A DNA stretch of 20,000 nt from Chiloscyllium plagiosum (Eukaryota), in contig NC_057720.1 of the NCBI RefSeq assembly GCF_004010195.1, positions 20,147,462 to 20,167,461 of the forward strand, given 5' to 3'. This document shows, one piece after another, positions 1 through 9,911 of this stretch. A program made the position numbers and the translations under genes. The number at the start of each line of letters is the position of its first letter. Position 1 is the stretch's first letter. Under the pieces are notes generated by a model. The model had not been told where the DNA came from and ran no database searches. It saw nothing but the letters and a program-made list of their open reading frames with translations.

Positions 1-387
1 CTTTTGCTTTGTTAAAAACTGATCATTTGCAGAAGTCTGTTTTAATTTCTCAGTCCGTATTTTGTCATTAGATTCCCTAGCATGAAAGATATCTATAAGC
101 ACCTTGAATAATTTCCATTGGAGCCAAAACAAATTGGGAATTTGAAATTAGAATAAATCAAAATTGATTAAAGTAGTGCACCATCCAGAGATTGAATTAA
201 ATTTACTAACAATTAAAGATTTAATGGTGAAAACCCCTTGATGTGGAGAAAATGCCAGTGATGAAAAACTGGGTAATTGGGGAGAGGATAGAATTAAAAC
301 TTCTACCAGTTAGGAATTTGCCAGTCAGGGTAACAATGCATCGGCTCATTTTTGAATTGGTCCATAATCGTGTCAGGCAACCATTAA

Positions 388-1020
388 TAAGACCATAAGA
401 CATAGGAGTGGAAGTAAGGCCATTCGGCCCATCGAGTCCACTCCGCCATTCAATCATGGCTGATGCGCATTTCAGCTCCACTTACCAGCGTTCTCCCCGT
501 AGCCCTTAATTCCTCTAGACAACAAGAATCTATCAATCTCGGCCTTGAAGACATTTAGCGTCCCGGCTTCCACTGCACTCCGTGGCAATGAATTCCACAG
601 GCCTACCACTCTCTGGCTGAAGAAATGTCTCCGCATTTCTGTTCTGAAATGACCCCCTCTAATTCTAAGGCTGTGTCCACGGGTCCTAGTCTCCTCGTCT
701 AACGGAAACAATTTCCTAGCATCCACCTTTTCCAAGCCATGTATTATTTTGTACGTCTCTATTAAGTCTCCCCTTAATCTTCTAAACTCCAACGAATACA
801 ATCCCAGTATCCTCAGCCGTTCCTCATATGTTAGACCTGTCATTCCAGGGATCATCCGTGTGAATCTCCGCTGGACACGTTCCAGTGCCAGTATGTCCTT
901 CCTGAGGTGTGGGGACCAAAACTGGACACAGTACTCCAAATGGGGCCTAACCAGAGCTTTATAAAGTCTTAGTAGTACATCTCTGCTTTTATATTCCAAC
1001 CCTCTTGAGATAAGAGACAA
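388..1020 (-). mobile_element. 5'-truncated CR1-type LINE (ORF2 C-terminus plus 3' tail), relatively young
   Basis: Open minus frame ISRGLEYKSRDVLLRLYKALVRPHLEYCVQFWSP...FFSQRVVGLWNSLP is typical CR1 ORF2 C-terminus; short repeat tail (ataagaccataagac) at ~388-402. Confidence 0.92.
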
Positions 1021-1309
1021 TGAGATAATGGGAGTATTAGCAGAGAACTTGAAGGTCGAAAACCATGTAATGCAACTTCCTAGAATACATCCAACAAGAG
1101 TTGGCAACACGAGCTTATGGAAAAGGTCTGTCTGAGGTTTATGAATAACTCAGTCACATTATACTACATTAAATTACTTAAGAGTCTTAATCATGTTGAT
1201 TTTGCTTGCAAAATTTAAGATTTTAAATATTTCTTTAAAGTTTGCAGCACGTATGAGTCCCAAGTAGGAACTGCCACTTAATATCTCATTTGATTTTCAC
1301 ATAGAATAG

Positions 1310-1441
1310 AGCTGAAAATTTTTTGCTGGAAAAGCGCAGCAGGTCAGGCAACATCCAAGGAGCAGGAGAATCGACGTTTCTCCTTTTCCAGCAACACATT
1401 TTCAGCTCTGATCTCCAGCATCTGCAGTCCTCACTTTCTCC
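1310..1441. mobile_element. Short fold-back element derived from PLE termini
   Basis: Arm gctgaaaattttttgctggaaaag pairs with cttttccagcaacacattttcagc; minus strand holds hammerhead 3' half GAAACGTC; tail gcagtcctcactttctcc; flanked by ttttcac(a/c)tagaata direct repeats. Confidence 0.75.
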
Positions 1442-1456
1442 TTTTCACCTAGAATA

Positions 1457-2780
1457 CCCTACCTCCTGCAAAAATGCCATCTCGTATTCCCAATTCCTCC
1501 GCCGTATCTGCTGCCAGGAGGATCAGTTCCACCACAGAACACACCAGATGGCCTCCTTCTTTAGAGACTGCAATTTCCATTCCCACGTGGTTAAAGATGC
1601 CCTCCAATGCATCTCGTCCACATCCCGCACCTCTGCCCTCAGACCCCACCCCTCCAACCGTAACAAGGACAGAACCCCCCTGGTGCTCACCTTCCACCCT
1701 ACCAACCTTCACATAAACCAAATCATCCGCCGACATTTCCGCCACCTCCAAACAGACCCACCACCTGGGATATATTTCCCTCCCCACCCCTTTCTGTCTT
1801 CCACAAAGACCATTCCCTCCGTGACTACCTGGTCAGGTCTACGTCCCCAACAACCCACCCTCGCGTCCTAGCACCTTCCCCTGCCATCGCAGGAATTGCA
1901 AAACCTGCGCCCACACCTCCAACCAAGGCCCCAAAGGAGCCTTCCACATCCATCAAAGTTTTACCTGAACATCCACCAATATCATTTATTGTATCCGTTG
2001 CTCCCGATGCTCAAGACTCTTCTTGTGCAAGGTTAAAATAATTTAATGTATTATAATGTGACTGAGTTATTCATATCCTTCCCCAATCAGTCTGCTCTAC
2101 ACTGGGGAGACTGGATGCCTCCTAGCAGAGCGCTTTAGGGAACATCTCTGGGACACCTGCACCAATCAACCACACCGCCCTGTGACCCAACATTTCAGCT
2201 CTCCCTCCCACTCAGCCGAGGACATGGAGGTTCCAGGGCCTCCTTCACCGCTGCTCCCTTGCCACCTGACGCCTGGAGGAAGAACGCCTCAAATTCTGCC
2301 TCGGAACACTTCAACCCCAGGGCATCAATGTGGACTTCACCAGTTTCCTCATTTCCCCTTCCCCCACCTCACCCCAGTTCCAAACTTCCAGCTCCGCACC
2401 GTCCCCATGATCTGTCCTACTGGCCTATCTTCTTTTCCATCTATCCACTCCATCCTCCTCTCTGACCTATCACCTTCATCCCAACCCCATCCACTCATTG
2501 TACTCTTTGCTACCTTCCCCCACCCTCCTCCCTGACCTATCACCTTCATCCCCACCCCAACTCACCTATTGTACTCTATGCTACTTTCTCCCCACCCCCA
2601 GCCTCCTCTCATTTATCTCTCCACCCTTCAGACACTCTGCCTGTATTCCTGATGAAGGGCTTTTGCCCGAAACATCAGATTTTCCTGCTCCTCGGATGCT
2701 GCCTGAACTGCTGTGCTTTTCCAGCACCACTCTACTCCAGAATCTGGTTTCCAGCATCTGCAGTCATTGTTTTTACATAG
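1457..2780 (+). mobile_element. Decayed Penelope-like element (RT thumb/linker, GIY-YIG endonuclease, 3' terminal repeat); probably Neptune-type
   Basis: Translated pieces KNAISYSQFLRRIC, TPLVLTFHP, Cys-rich FPCHRRNCKTC, NIIYCIRCSRC...LYTGETG...ERFREH, PVTQHFSSPSH; hammerhead-like motif at 2649-2676. Neptune assignment is inferred from the Cys linker. Confidence 0.85.
2645..2680 (+). ncRNA. Minimal type I hammerhead-like motif in PLE terminal repeat (probably degenerate)
   Basis: CTGATGA (2649-2655), extra A, stem II GGGC-TTTT-GCCC, GAAAC (2669-2673), then ATC instead of GTC. Confidence 0.65.
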
Positions 2781-2807
2781 TTGATTTTCACCTAGAATAG
2801 GACATAC

Positions 2808-3402
2808 AGGTCATAGAATTGTAGAGATGTACAGCACAGAAACAGATACATCTATGCTGATCAGTATCCTAACCTAATCTAGGCTCATTTGCCAGCACTT
2901 TGCCCAGATCCCTCTAAACTCTTCATATTTGTATACCCATCCAGATGCCTTTTAAATGCTGCAATTGTACCAGCTCATTCCATACAGGCACCACTCTTTG
3001 TGTGAAAAAGCTGCCCCTTAGGCCCCTTTTAAATCTTTCCCCTTTCACCATTAACCTGTGTCCTTTAATTCTGGACTCCCCTCACAGCAGAGAAAGGATC
3101 TTGTCTATTTACCCTATCCATGCCCCTCATGATTTTATAAATCTCTATAAAGTCACCCTTCAGTCTCCAACGCCCTAATCGAAACAGTCCAGCCTATTCA
3201 GCCCCTCCCTGTAGCTCAAACCCTCCAAACCTGGCAACATCCTTGTAAATCTTTTCTGAACCCTTTCAAGTTTCACAATATCCTTCCTATATGAAGGTGA
3301 TCAGCATTGCACATAGTATTCCAAAAGTGGCCTAACCAATGTCCTGTACAGCTGCAACATGACCTCCTACCTCCTGTATAATTACACTGATCAATAAAGG
3401 CA
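2808..3402 (-). mobile_element. CR1-type LINE 3' fragment, decayed
   Basis: Reverse complement encodes EVMLQLYRTLVRPLLEY...KLERVQKRFTRMLPGLEGLSYRE; tail agagatgtacagcacagaaacag is shared with the 19111 copy. Confidence 0.85.
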
Positions 3403-3589
3403 AGGTGGCAAGTATCTGATTTTTCTTTTGGGTGTTTTTATGTATACAGCTGTACAACATGAAATTTGAAAAGCAGATTATGTTCTAAATTGGTTTCGAA
3501 TCCTGTGTCACTTCAAAACCTAGGTTTCCAAAATCCATGAATCCTTTTAAAATTCTTAAATGAAAGCAGCATGTTTTTATTTCTTACAG

Positions 3590-3679
3590 CGACCATATAT
3601 GACCTTAGGAACACTGAGAGATCAGGTGATCTACCCAGATACACTGGAAGATCAAAGGAGGAAAGGCATATCTGATCAG
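3590..3679 (+). CDS. ABCD3: ABCD3 (PMP70) internal coding exon, NBD Q-loop region
   Basis: ttcttacag|CGA...CAG|gtaag; 90 nt, phase 0; translates [30 protein letters not shown], matching recalled vertebrate ABCD3. Confidence 0.96.
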
Positions 3680-3775
3680 GTAAGACATATTATTGTTTTA
3701 TGAAATTAGATATCCACTTTATGCTTGATAATTCGTGTGGCTTGTTTGACATGCCTGGGTGCAACAAGTTGGAGT

Positions 3776-4001
3776 GGGGATCCGTTAGCTCAATTGGCTG
3801 GACAGTTGGTTTGCAAAGCAGTGTGATGCTAACAGCATGGATTCGAATCCCATCACTTGGCAGATGTTACCATGAAGGATACTCTCTTTCTCAACCTCTT
3901 CCCCTCCCCGTGATATGGTGGCCCTCAGGTTAAATCACCACTCTAATGTCATCCCTCTCTAATGGGATAATAGCCCTATGGTCTGATGAGATAATGGCGA
4001 C
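3776..4001 (+). mobile_element. Old tRNA-derived SINE, family not assigned
   Basis: A-box-like TAGCTCAATTGG (~3786) and B-box-like GGATTCGAATCC (~3839) with tRNA-like spacing, followed by a non-tRNA body. Confidence 0.6.
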
Positions 4002-4255
4002 ACATCACCAACAATGAGGAGAAATTATGAAAAATGCGGGATCAGTTGTGAAATTGGGAAAAACGGTAATTAGTTAATTTGGAGATCTCATTGCAAGGAC
4101 TCAGTTAAATTTCTCATTTTTATGTCACTGTAGTCATCATTATCTCAATTTCCCTCATCTTGTATCACTCCTCTATGCTCCTAAACCATTGTCCAATTAG
4201 TTGCTGTATTTCACTAACGGTATTAAAATTGATAAGATATCAGGACCACAGAGAG

Positions 4256-4348
4256 TCGCCTCAGGCGACTAAGTGGGTTGCGCTTTGGCGGGTCGGTGTG
4301 GACTTGTTGGGCTGAAGGGCCTGTTTCCACACTGTAAGTAATCTAATC
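4256..4348 (+). mobile_element. Internally deleted / truncated HE1-like SINE
   Basis: cgcctcaggcgact joined directly to the 3' end (ggcgggtcggtgtggacttgttgggctgaagggcctgtttccacactg...taatctaatc) seen in the full copies at 5385 and 8047. Confidence 0.8.
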
Positions 4349-4359
4349 AAAAAAAAAGA

Positions 4360-5095
4360 GCTACATCCAAGGATACTGATCAAAGCCAGAGTAGAAATTG
4401 TGGAGGCATAGACTATAATTTTCCTTAGGCTTGGGGTGCAAGAAACATGGAGAATAGGCACAATGCCATTAATTTCTGAAGTTTTTCAATTCAATATTGA
4501 GACCTCAAAGCAGATTTAAAACAGAGATGAAGAGAAATTACTTCTTGCAAAGGGTCATGATTCTGTGGAATTTGATGTCCAGTGTGTGGTGGATGCTGGG
4601 ACATTAAATAAGTTTAAGGAGGAAAGAGATAGACTTTTAATTAATAATGTGTTGAAGGGTATGGAGAGTGGTCAGGAAAATGAAGTTGAGGCCGATATGA
4701 CATCAGCCATAACTGTGTTTAGTGATGGACCAGACTTGAAGGGCTGAATTGAGTACTCCTACTCCTACTTATGTTCTTTTGAGGGGTCTAAAACAGGTAG
4801 TGAAAAATTGGTTTCCATTGGTAGGAAGATCAAGAACCAAAGATTTAATATAATTTACAAAAGAAGCAATGTGACATGAGGAAAAGCTTTACTCAGAGTG
4901 AGTAAAAGAGATCTGGAATGCACTGCCAAAGCATATGGTGGAGACCAGACGAATTGAAACTTTTATAAAGGGAATTAGGCATGTCTGAAAAGGAAAAAAA
5001 TTGCAGGGCTACAGGGAAGAATCAGGCAGGTGGCTGTCTGTAAATTATTCCTTCAGAGCAATTGAATAGTGTTTTTTTGTGTGGTAACCAATTAA
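4360..5095 (+). mobile_element. Cluster of old CR1-type LINE fragments
   Basis: HPRIL...VEIVEA-like piece (~4360-4430); 3' end piece ~4505-4780 (EMKRNYFLQRVMILWN...DAGTLNKFKEERDRLL), similar to the 388-1020 element; a further degenerate 3' piece ~4781-5095. Confidence 0.6.
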
Positions 5096-5297
5096 TCCTC
5101 TCCACACTTGCAAATTACATAAAACTCTGCATCATTTCATCTTGATTGCTTGGTTGTTATCCACCTTACCCATAACCCTGCATACACTCCATCTACCCTA
5201 TTTACGACTATTTAGTGGAATTTCCTCACTACCGCAATGAAAGGGTAGCCTGTTTTACAGATTGATAATCCCCTTGGCCACTGACTTTGGTTAAGTA

Positions 5298-5956
5298 AGA
5301 GAACTCCTAGAAGCATGGCACTCATTCACGCAACCATTGCAGTCCATGTGGTGGAGGATTCCCCTACAAAATTCCCCACCGTGTGGGTGGCACGGTGGCA
5401 CAGTGGTTAGCACTGCTGCCTCGCAGCGCCAGAGACCCGGGTTCAATTCCCGACTCAGGCGACTGACTGTGTGGAGTTTGCACGTTCTCCCCGTGTCTGC
5501 GTGGGTTTCCTCCGGGTGCTCCGGTTTCCTCCCACAGTCCAAAGATGTGCAGGGTCAGGTGAATTGGCCATACTAAATTGCCCGTAGTGTTAGATAAGGG
5601 GTAAATGTAGGGGTATGGGTGGGTTTCGCTTCGGCGGGTCGGTGTGGACTTGTTGGGCCGAAGGGCCTGTTTCCACACTGTAATCTAATCTAATCTAATC
5701 TAATCACTCAATCAACAAGCACATTGACCTGGACCCAACATACCGGCCATTACAATGAACAACCGGAAGAAGCAGAAAATAGAACTAAGTAAATTCCAGA
5801 AGAGACAGTACAGCAGCGCTTCACAGGAGGTTCCAAAGCACTGAAGATGTCTAGACAGGGAGCAAAACATCTGCAAATCAACTTCCGAGTTCGTTGAACA
5901 TACCCATAACCATGACAACTGGCACCCGTGCTACAAATCTTTACACAAACTTTGAA
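5298..5956 (+). mobile_element. PLE 3' fragment (same family as 9229-9950), interrupted by an HE1-like SINE
   Basis: agaactcctagaagcatggcactc...[insert]...tcaatcaacaagcacattgacctggaccc aligns with 9728-9790; degenerate hammerhead ctgaagatgtctagacaggg...aaaacatc at ~5841-5872; tail tacaaatctttacacaaactttgaa. Confidence 0.75.
5385..5705 (+). mobile_element. Full-length HE1-like tRNA-derived SINE (elasmobranch V-SINE)
   Basis: A box TGGCACAGTGG, B box GGTTCAATTCC, V-domain-like core (tgtggagtttgcacgttctccccgtgtctgcgtgggtttcctccgggtgctccggtttcctcccac), LINE-like tail, (TAATC)5. Confidence 0.9.
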
Positions 5957-6015
5957 TCTCTTTAGTAACTTTTTAAAGTGTATTTTCCAAGTCTACTATG
6001 CTTTGTTTCTCTTGA

Positions 6016-6162
6016 GTCAAAGAGTGTGATGCTAGAAAAACGCAACCAGTCAGGCAGCATCCAAGGAGCAGGAGAATCCTTGGATGCTGCCAGACTGGCT
6101 ATGCTTTTCCAGCACCACACTCTTCGGCTCTGCTCTCCAACATCTACAGTCCTCACTTTCTC
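6016..6162. mobile_element. Short fold-back PLE-derived element with 15-bp TSD
   Basis: Arms ~6014-6067 and ~6077-6130 are reverse complements; same tail as 1310-1441; perfect CTTTGTTTCTCTTGA at 6001-6015 and 6163-6177. Confidence 0.85.
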
Positions 6163-6227
6163 CTTTGTTTCTCTTGAAACATTTTAATAAACAGCTCATT
6201 CCACTTACTAATGTTATTTATCACCAG

Positions 6228-6347
6228 GTACTGAAAGAGTATCTTGATAACGTCCAGCTTGGCCATATTCTGGAGCGTGAGGGAGGCTGGGATTGCATTC
6301 AGGACTGGATGGATGTACTCAGTGGAGGGGAGAAACAACGGATGGCT
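6228..6347 (+). CDS. ABCD3: ABCD3 internal coding exon with ABC signature motif
   Basis: caccag|GTA...GCT|gtatgt; 120 nt, phase 0; VLKEYLDNVQLGHILEREGGWDCIQDWMDVLSGGEKQRMA contains LSGGE; branch-point-like TACTAAT at 6206-6212. Confidence 0.97.
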
Positions 6348-6739
6348 GTATGTCTTACATATTTTCTAAAGCTATACTTGCGTGTTTCATATTTGATACA
6401 AGAATGAAATATAAAATCCTTCCATAATTTTCACTAGAATTTCATACAGCTTGGTATAACTTTCATACATTTTTTGATGTTTTTGTATTACAAAAGCTAC
6501 AGAGTCCTAAATTCAAAATAACTTTTTTGTAGCTTTGTGAGAATCCTTGACATCTAAGGTGGATGAATAACATGAAAGAATGCAAACTTATTTTCAAGCA
6601 AGCTTAAGTAAATGTACCATGAAATGTAGAGCCATTTTTTTACAATGGTATTAAGAGTCCTGTGTGCATTACTCTCCAGTCAGCACACGTGTTGGAGAGA
6701 AGTGAGGAAATAAGCAGGCTTGTATTTGAAGAAGAGTGA

Positions 6740-6907
6740 ACAAAACCAGAAATTTTTGGGAAAATCTCAGCATCTGTGGTTCTCTTGTCTTCTGAAGAAG
6801 GGTTACTGGGTCTGCAACGGCACCTCTGCTTTCCCTCCACAGATGCTGCCAGACCTGCCGAGCTTTACTAGCAATTTTTGATTTCATCTGCAGGTCTTGG
6901 TTTTTTT
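6740..6907 (+). mobile_element. Short PLE-derived element with degenerate hammerhead and TSD
   Basis: Partly inverted 5' arm (agaaatttttgggaaaatctcagcatctgtgg vs ccacagatgctg...agcaatttttg); ctgaagaagggttactgggtctgcaacg at ~6792-6819; flanked by tttgaagaagagtga (6725-6739) and tttgaagaaagagtga (6908-6923). Confidence 0.7.
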
Positions 6908-8046
6908 TTTGAAGAAAGAGTGAGCCAAATTGGCTAGATTACATGGAGAGCAGCTCCTGAATAGTTTTGCAATGTAATTTGTTGCTGTGTTAACTGTAGT
7001 GTAAGACCTTTGGGACCATGAAATGAACGTACACTGTTTCACTTGCTTATCACAGGGGATAAATAGCATAGAGTGGACAGTGTTAGATAAGTTGAAGATG
7101 GAAGAACATTAGGAAGTAGATAAGTGTTTTAACAGTGTAACAATAAGCTCTGAACTTGATATCTCTCAGATTGCCATGCATAGTTGGATGTAGTATTAAT
7201 ATACAATAACTGGAGTTCTACAAAGGTAAATGTTTTACAACATTGCTCAATACTTGTCTTCTACTGACCAGTCTGTATTGAACCCAAGTTCTTAAATGGG
7301 ACCCGAAAAGCACATGACCAAATATGGTGGTTGCAGTGGAATCAATTATCTAAAAAAATCTTGGCAGTCGTGAAGGTCAAGAAACAGACCCAAAATCATC
7401 TGGAGAATAACTTAAAATACAATCACTTTTTTCCAAAACATCATCAGTATCAATTTAAGACCACAGTGCTGAACAGTTCTTGTGCAAGAAGAATCCCTAA
7501 ACTGGAAATTGCTGATAAATCACCAAGTGAGCTTCAAATCAATGAAGGCCTTTTACAGCCAGTAATAGGAAAAACTAACTGTGAAAGGAAAGGCAATGAA
7601 AATAAGGAAAAGCCCATTAGCTACCAAGGGGATAAATCTGGATTGAGTACCTGCGAAAGGAGACTGATTACTGGACTCCCTGTGCCAAGTCAATCCATTT
7701 CTTAGAGGGAAAAGCTTGAAAAACTGGCCTGGAAAGTAAACTTAAGAATTCTGGTAGTTTTATTAACTTGTTGATAAAGTTACGAAAATTTTTCAGTAGC
7801 GTCGATTGATTGAAAAAGTCATGAGTAAGAATCATTTGGAATTCAAAGTCTAAAAAGCCTAATAGTGAATATAAATAAATTTTCTTGATGCCGACAGATT
7901 GGGTGAAAACCCTTCATTCAACACCTACAAAGTTGTATCAAGTTTAATTGTTAAAAAATGGATACAAAGCAAATGCTGCACATCTGATATTGTATTTGGT
8001 GAGAATATATCCAGATGCAGAAAAAAATCAATGTGGACAATGTCGT

Positions 8047-8355
8047 GGCTGCACGGTGGCACAGTGGTTAGCACTACTGCCTCACAGCGCCAGAGACCCG
8101 GGTTCAATTCCCGCCTCAGGCGACTGACTGTGTGGAGTTTGCACATTCTCCCCGTGTCTGTGTGGGTTTCCTCCGGGTGCTCCGGTTTCCTCCCACAGTC
8201 CAAAGATGTGCAGGTCAGGTGAATTGGCCATACTAAATTGCCCGTAGTGTTAGGTAAGGGGTAAATGTAGGGGTATGGGTGGGTTTCGCTTCGGCGGGGC
8301 GGTGTGGACTTGCTGGGCCGAAGGGCCTGTTTCCACACTGTAATCTAATCTAATC
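8047..8355 (+). mobile_element. Full-length HE1-like SINE
   Basis: About 10 differences from the 5385 copy over ~295 nt (manual count); (TAATC)3 tail. Confidence 0.9.
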
Positions 8356-9302
8356 TTATCAATCTATTGGTTGTAGCCATTTGAGAAAGTTTCTACCCAC
8401 AAATCTACTGGCAATCCTTCATTCATCTCTATAAAGATGCCATATCAGTTGGTCTTTACATTGGAAACAGCACTTTTCCAGCAGAAGCTTCAAAAGCCTT
8501 CATTTCAAGTATGACAACAATGTTTACTTCAAGAAAAAAAAGGCTAGGCAACAAAATGACAATACATGCTGATCAAAATCCTATTATAATCATCTTCCAA
8601 GTCAAAAAACCAGAGGTGCTCATCAGTAATCAGCCATTGCAGCAATATTCATTATTTTTCCACCATTCAAATTCAAGCTATCATACCATTTGAAAAACCA
8701 GACATGTGACAGTGTAGAAAGCATAATTCTCAAGATTTTGAACAGCTTAAGCATTGGGTATCAAATGGAATGAGGAACAGGTTATCACTCCGCTTGATTA
8801 CATGGGATGACCGTCAGACGTTGAACTTTTCCAATCAGAAAATAAATTTTGAATGGACAGTCCAAATAGCAGTGGATGCAAAATCTAGAAATACTTTCAA
8901 GAAACATTATGCAGCAAAGTTAAAATGAATGCAGAACATTTTACAGAGAGTGGACTGCTTACAGCATGATAGAGCTTTACATCAGAGGAGACAGACATCT
9001 CATTTTAAAATATATAGTATGCGACAACTTCAGAATGAAATCCTATGCAATGTAATGCTATAGTTACTTGTCACGGGTGTGGCTCCAAAACCCCACACTA
9101 CCACGACAAAACTGCCCAGCAATGTGTTAATTGTAAGTAAAGAGGTCCTGAATCAAAAATGTGCTATGGTCTGAAGATCACACTATTAAACCAAATTGTT
9201 TCCAGGCCTCTATGTATGTTCATGCCTTCAAAGTTTGGGAGAAGATTTGTAGCTCGGGTGCTCGTTGTTGTGGTTCTGTTCGCCGAGCTGGGAATTTGTG
9301 TT

Positions 9303-9342
9303 GCAGACGTTTCGTCTCCTGTCTAGGTGACATCCTCAGTGC
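9303..9342 (-). ncRNA. Minimal type I hammerhead ribozyme with intact core
   Basis: Minus strand reads GCA-CUGAGGA-U-[GUCACCU agac AGGAGAC]-GAAAC-GUC-UGC: conserved core, stem II hairpin, GUC cleavage triplet and 3-bp stem I. Confidence 0.72.
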
Positions 9343-9871
9343 TTGGGAGCCTCCTGTGAAGCGCTTCTGTGATCTTTCCTCCCGCATTTGTAGTGGTTTA
9401 AATCTACTGCTTCCGGTTGTCAGTTCCAGATGTCTGCTGTAGTGGTCAGTATATTGGGTCCAGATCAATGTGCTTATTGATTGAATCTGTGGATGAGTGC
9501 CATGCCTCTAGGAATTCCGTAGTGTATAAAATCCCATGCAAGGACTGCACAAAACACTACATAGGACAAACAGGAAGACAGCTAACGATCCGCATCCATG
9601 AACACCAACTAGCCACGAAACGACACGACCAGCTATCCTTAGTAGCCACACACGTAGATGACAAGCAACATGAATTTGACTGGGACAACACTACTATTAT
9701 AGGACAAGCCAAACAGAGAACAGCCAGGGAATTCCCAGAGGCATGGCACTCATCCACAGATTCAGTCAATAAGCACATTGATCTGAACCCAATATACCAA
9801 CCACTGCAGCGAACAGCTGGAACTGACAACCGGAAGCGGCAGATTCAAACCACTATAAACGCCGGAGGAAA

Positions 9872-9911
9872 GCACTGAGGATGTCACCCAGACAGGGGAC
9901 GAAACATCTGC
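9872..9911 (+). ncRNA. Minimal hammerhead, sense copy with GTC>ATC change
   Basis: GCA-CTGAGGA(9875-9881)-T-GTCACCCAGACAGGGGAC-GAAAC(9901-9905)-ATC-TGC. Confidence 0.62.

Noticed and set aside
472..1110. 212-aa ORF as a host gene
   Set aside because: Open CR1 ORF2 C-terminus fused by chance to flanking sequence upstream of the 5' truncation.
1095..1112. Possible DNA transposon terminus (agagttggcaacac)
   Set aside because: No partner inverted repeat or TSD was found in the window.
3776..3860. tRNA gene
   Set aside because: A/B boxes are present but there is no convincing cloverleaf and it continues into a SINE-like body; the same holds for the heads at 5385 and 8047.
6348..6356. U12-type (minor) intron donor
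   Set aside because: GTATGTCTT lacks the RTATCCTT consensus and is an ordinary U2 donor.
6084..6407. 107-aa ORF as a complete CDS
   Set aside because: Only 6228-6347 matches ABCD3 and has splice sites; the rest is intron read-through.
9417..9878. 153-aa ORF with GIY-YIG motif as a stand-alone nuclease gene
   Set aside because: Chimeric frame: the N-terminal part is antisense terminal repeat read across the inversion junction at ~9518; it is a truncated PLE remnant.
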